Positions 61,866 through 64,000 of a stretch of DNA of 64,000 nt are shown piece after piece. The number at the start of each line of letters is the position of its first letter. Position 1 is the first letter of the stretch. Position numbers and translations under genes: made by a program. The stretch lies in the IMG/VR virus record IMGVR_UViG_3300021091_000012. One strand, written 5' to 3'. The stretch is from a virus. Under the pieces are notes generated by a model. It was not told where the DNA came from. It was given only the letters and a program-made list of their open reading frames with translations, and ran no database searches.

Positions 61866-64000
61866 CGTTGAAATTTTAGATATCCAATGATCTGGTTGAT
61901 TGGAGCGAATGCGCCAGTTAGTTTATATATTTTTTTGTTGTACTTAAACACGACTCCTTCCAAAGGAACAATAGCCTTAAAGCCTCCTAAGTCTTGTAAT
62001 CGTTGTAATTCTCGTTTAAGAAACTTCAAACCCTTATCGTCGTCTTGCATTTCTGGTGATGCCGCTGCTGCATGAATACCCTTTATAGTGTATGCTAATT
62101 CGTCACGCATCTTCTGCACAGTATCATTAGGGTTTATTGATACTAGTTGTTGAATGTTTTGTAGAACGTACACTCCTAGTTTAAGGAACAAGTTTTCTAA
62201 TGGTCGCTTTGCTTCTTTTTGTTGAGCCGCGACACCATTCTTATCGAAGTAATCTACCCATCTTAAAAACTCTGCGTTTTTAATCATTCCGCGAATGTTC
62301 TTGATATTAACCTCTTTGTTTCCAAATCCCCAACGATTAATTAACTGTTGTAGTGTGTTATCATCTATAGCATATCCAAGCTCTTTAGCTTTTTGCTCGA
62401 TATAATTTTTCCACCAAGCTTGGAAGTACATAGATGTCTTATCACCCTCTTTGAGATTGTAAGTCTTACGGATAGTCTCTAATTGCTTAAGCAACTCTTC
62501 TTTTTGTTTTTTGTAATCCTTTGTCTTAGATAGTGTAATAGGATCTGTATGGCGAATTTGAAAAGTTTTTTGATCCGAGGCTTGAACCTTATCAATAGCA
62601 GCCTGAAGCTGTACCGCTCCTTTTGAATCCTCATCCGCTACATTACCATCCTGATCATATTCTTTAAATCCGTGGAGTCTTAGTTGTGTTGCTCCGTAAG
62701 GTACTACGTTTGTAGTTCCAGGAAACAGTACTTCAAAGTTTATGAATCGTTTTCCGTTTTGAAAGAATTGTTCTTTTTGTGTTGGATCCAACTTGTTAAT
62801 TGCTGACTCCATATCTCGCATAGCCTCAACAAACGCAGTTTGAACTGCCCCCTTTCCTACCATCATCTGATCTAACTGATCAGCAGTGATTGAGTTTTCG
62901 GCATAGTTTTTGAGTTGTCCTTTGTTGCGAGCTGCTCTTACTTTGCCATCCTTGTAAGTGACCATTAGATTTTGGCCATCCAACTTCTCTTGAGCAAACT
63001 CCACTTTACCACTCAAAGCCGCGTCAATCATATTACGCGCGTCGACAAATGTAAGATCCAAGTCTTCGTATGGATGAGCCATGTGTCCTGCTGCTCCTCC
63101 TTCTTTAAGGAGCTTTTTGCTTTCGGCTAAGAATGCGGATGGTATCATATGTTTTTTTAAAGCAGGTATGTTTGCTAATAGCATATAAACTACACCTCCT
63201 GGTAAAACTGCTGCTGCTGTATATCCTGTTAATTTTAAAACGTCTTTCATTTGATCTCCGATCTGTTGACGCTCTTGCACGGTTAAGCGTTTACCTGACT
63301 TAACAGAATCAACTAACTTTGCAAACGCTTGTTTAGTTTCTCGATTTTCTTGTTTTAGTTTATCTAAAAAAGCTCCAAATTTGTTTTTTAATTTTTCAAA
63401 CTGATTGCGTAGTACGTTTGGTACCTCTAATTCATCTAATGTAGATCGGGAACGGTTCTCGGCTACTTTTTTTTTTGATAAAATATCAAAAATAGACTTA
63501 ACAGTGTTGTCACTCACTCCTGGATAGTTTGTTTTGAAGTTTTCGTAGTTGTTTGCAGCTAAGTCGGCTCTCAAAACACTAGCGCTTATTCCTTGACCAT
63601 TTAAGTTATCCTTACGACCTTTGTATAATATAGGAGATACATTAATTGGTAGTTCTACAACACCAACTTCAGGTCTGTGATATTTTCCTGTTTCTGGAGC
63701 ATGACCTGCTACAAACATCTTAACCCTATCGTAATCCTTACCTTTTGAGCTAGATCCTAATGTATAAGTTCCAGGCTCTGCTGTTTCAATATACTCGTAA
63801 GCAGCTCGCATTGGATTGTCGTTTGGTGCTTGTTCCACTTTAATGTTTGATACACCTCCAAGTAACAACTTCCAAATCTCCATGGATTGTTGCATTGTTA
63901 TGCCATCGCGTTCCTTTGGTCCAATTAATATACGAACCTCGGATACATTAGGTTGTGATGCATATCGCTTTGCTAGTTCAATGTGACCTATATGTGGTGG
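61862..64000 (-). CDS. multidomain protein: HIGH-family nucleotidyltransferase + helical domain + ATP-dependent ligase-like domain; 5'-truncated by window edge
   Basis: Frame is open from 64000: PPHIGHIELAK...; GISASVLR; later EKLDGQN, NFEVL, EGVVFK, YKLTG. Confidence 0.8.
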   Translation of the reverse strand, partial: PPHIGHIELAKRYASQPNVSEVRILIGPKERDGITMQQSMEIWKLLLGGVSNIKVEQAPNDNPMRAAYEYIETAEPGTYTLGSSSKGKDYDRVKMFVAGHAPETGKYHRPEVGVVELPINVSPILYKGRKDNLNGQGISASVLRADLAANNYENFKTNYPGVSDNTVKSIFDILSKKKVAENRSRSTLDELEVPNVLRNQFEKLKNKFGAFLDKLKQENRETKQAFAKLVDSVKSGKRLTVQERQQIGDQMKDVLKLTGYTAAAVLPGGVVYMLLANIPALKKHMIPSAFLAESKKLLKEGGAAGHMAHPYEDLDLTFVDARNMIDAALSGKVEFAQEKLDGQNLMVTYKDGKVRAARNKGQLKNYAENSITADQLDQMMVGKGAVQTAFVEAMRDMESAINKLDPTQKEQFFQNGKRFINFEVLFPGTTNVVPYGATQLRLHGFKEYDQDGNVADEDSKGAVQLQAAIDKVQASDQKTFQIRHTDPITLSKTKDYKKQKEELLKQLETIRKTYNLKEGDKTSMYFQAWWKNYIEQKAKELGYAIDDNTLQQLINRWGFGNKEVNIKNIRGMIKNAEFLRWVDYFDKNGVAAQQKEAKRPLENLFLKLGVYVLQNIQQLVSINPNDTVQKMRDELAYTIKGIHAAAASPEMQDDDKGLKFLKRELQRLQDLGGFKAIVPLEGVVFKYNKKIYKLTGAFAPINQIIGYLKFQR

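Noticed and set aside
223-62075. All plus-strand ORFs in the track (e.g. 26057-26572, 42381-42980, 49078-49524)
   Set aside because: Antisense shadows of well-supported minus-strand genes, with no recognisable motifs or independent promoters
1-64000. CRISPR array or cas operon suggested by the Cas4-like gene
   Set aside because: No repeat-spacer periodicity and no other cas genes seen
1-64000. Stop-codon reassignment and tRNA genes
   Set aside because: Core genes are full length in the standard code; intergenic gaps are short and I saw no cloverleaf (not verified by tRNAscan)

Overview
A 64-kb segment of a large, AT-rich, T4-like contractile-tailed phage genome. Essentially all real genes lie on the minus strand. 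The host is most likely in Bacteroidota: there is a family of TTG-N20-TAnnnTnA promoters, Shine-Dalgarno sites are almost absent, and one signal peptide has Gln at +1. From the right end leftwards (direction of transcription) the window holds: a HIGH-nucleotidyltransferase/ligase-like multidomain protein, small putative head-packaged proteins and lysis-like genes; terminase, portal, prohead protease, scaffold, major capsid, PhoH; neck and tail-completion genes; a variable fibre cassette; sheath, tube, tail chaperone with a likely frameshift, tape measure, baseplate; a degenerate second family-A polymerase; SSB, RecA/UvsX, 5'-3' exonuclease, helicase, class II RNR; a 7-deazaguanine DNA-modification cluster (QueD, QueE, DpdL-like, FolE2, DpdA-like, no QueC in the window) interleaved with a P-loop kinase and a dUTPase-fold gene; small early genes; the main family-A polymerase; Hsp20-GroES-GroEL; a Cas4-like nuclease and an M15 peptidase. 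The best candidates for undescribed biology are the deazaguanine operon with its extra nucleotide enzymes, the steric-gate-less second PolA, a protease-processed family of head cargo proteins including a nucleotidyltransferase-ligase polyprotein, and a structured RNA leader upstream of a fibre gene. All calls come from motif recognition by eye; no searches were run.
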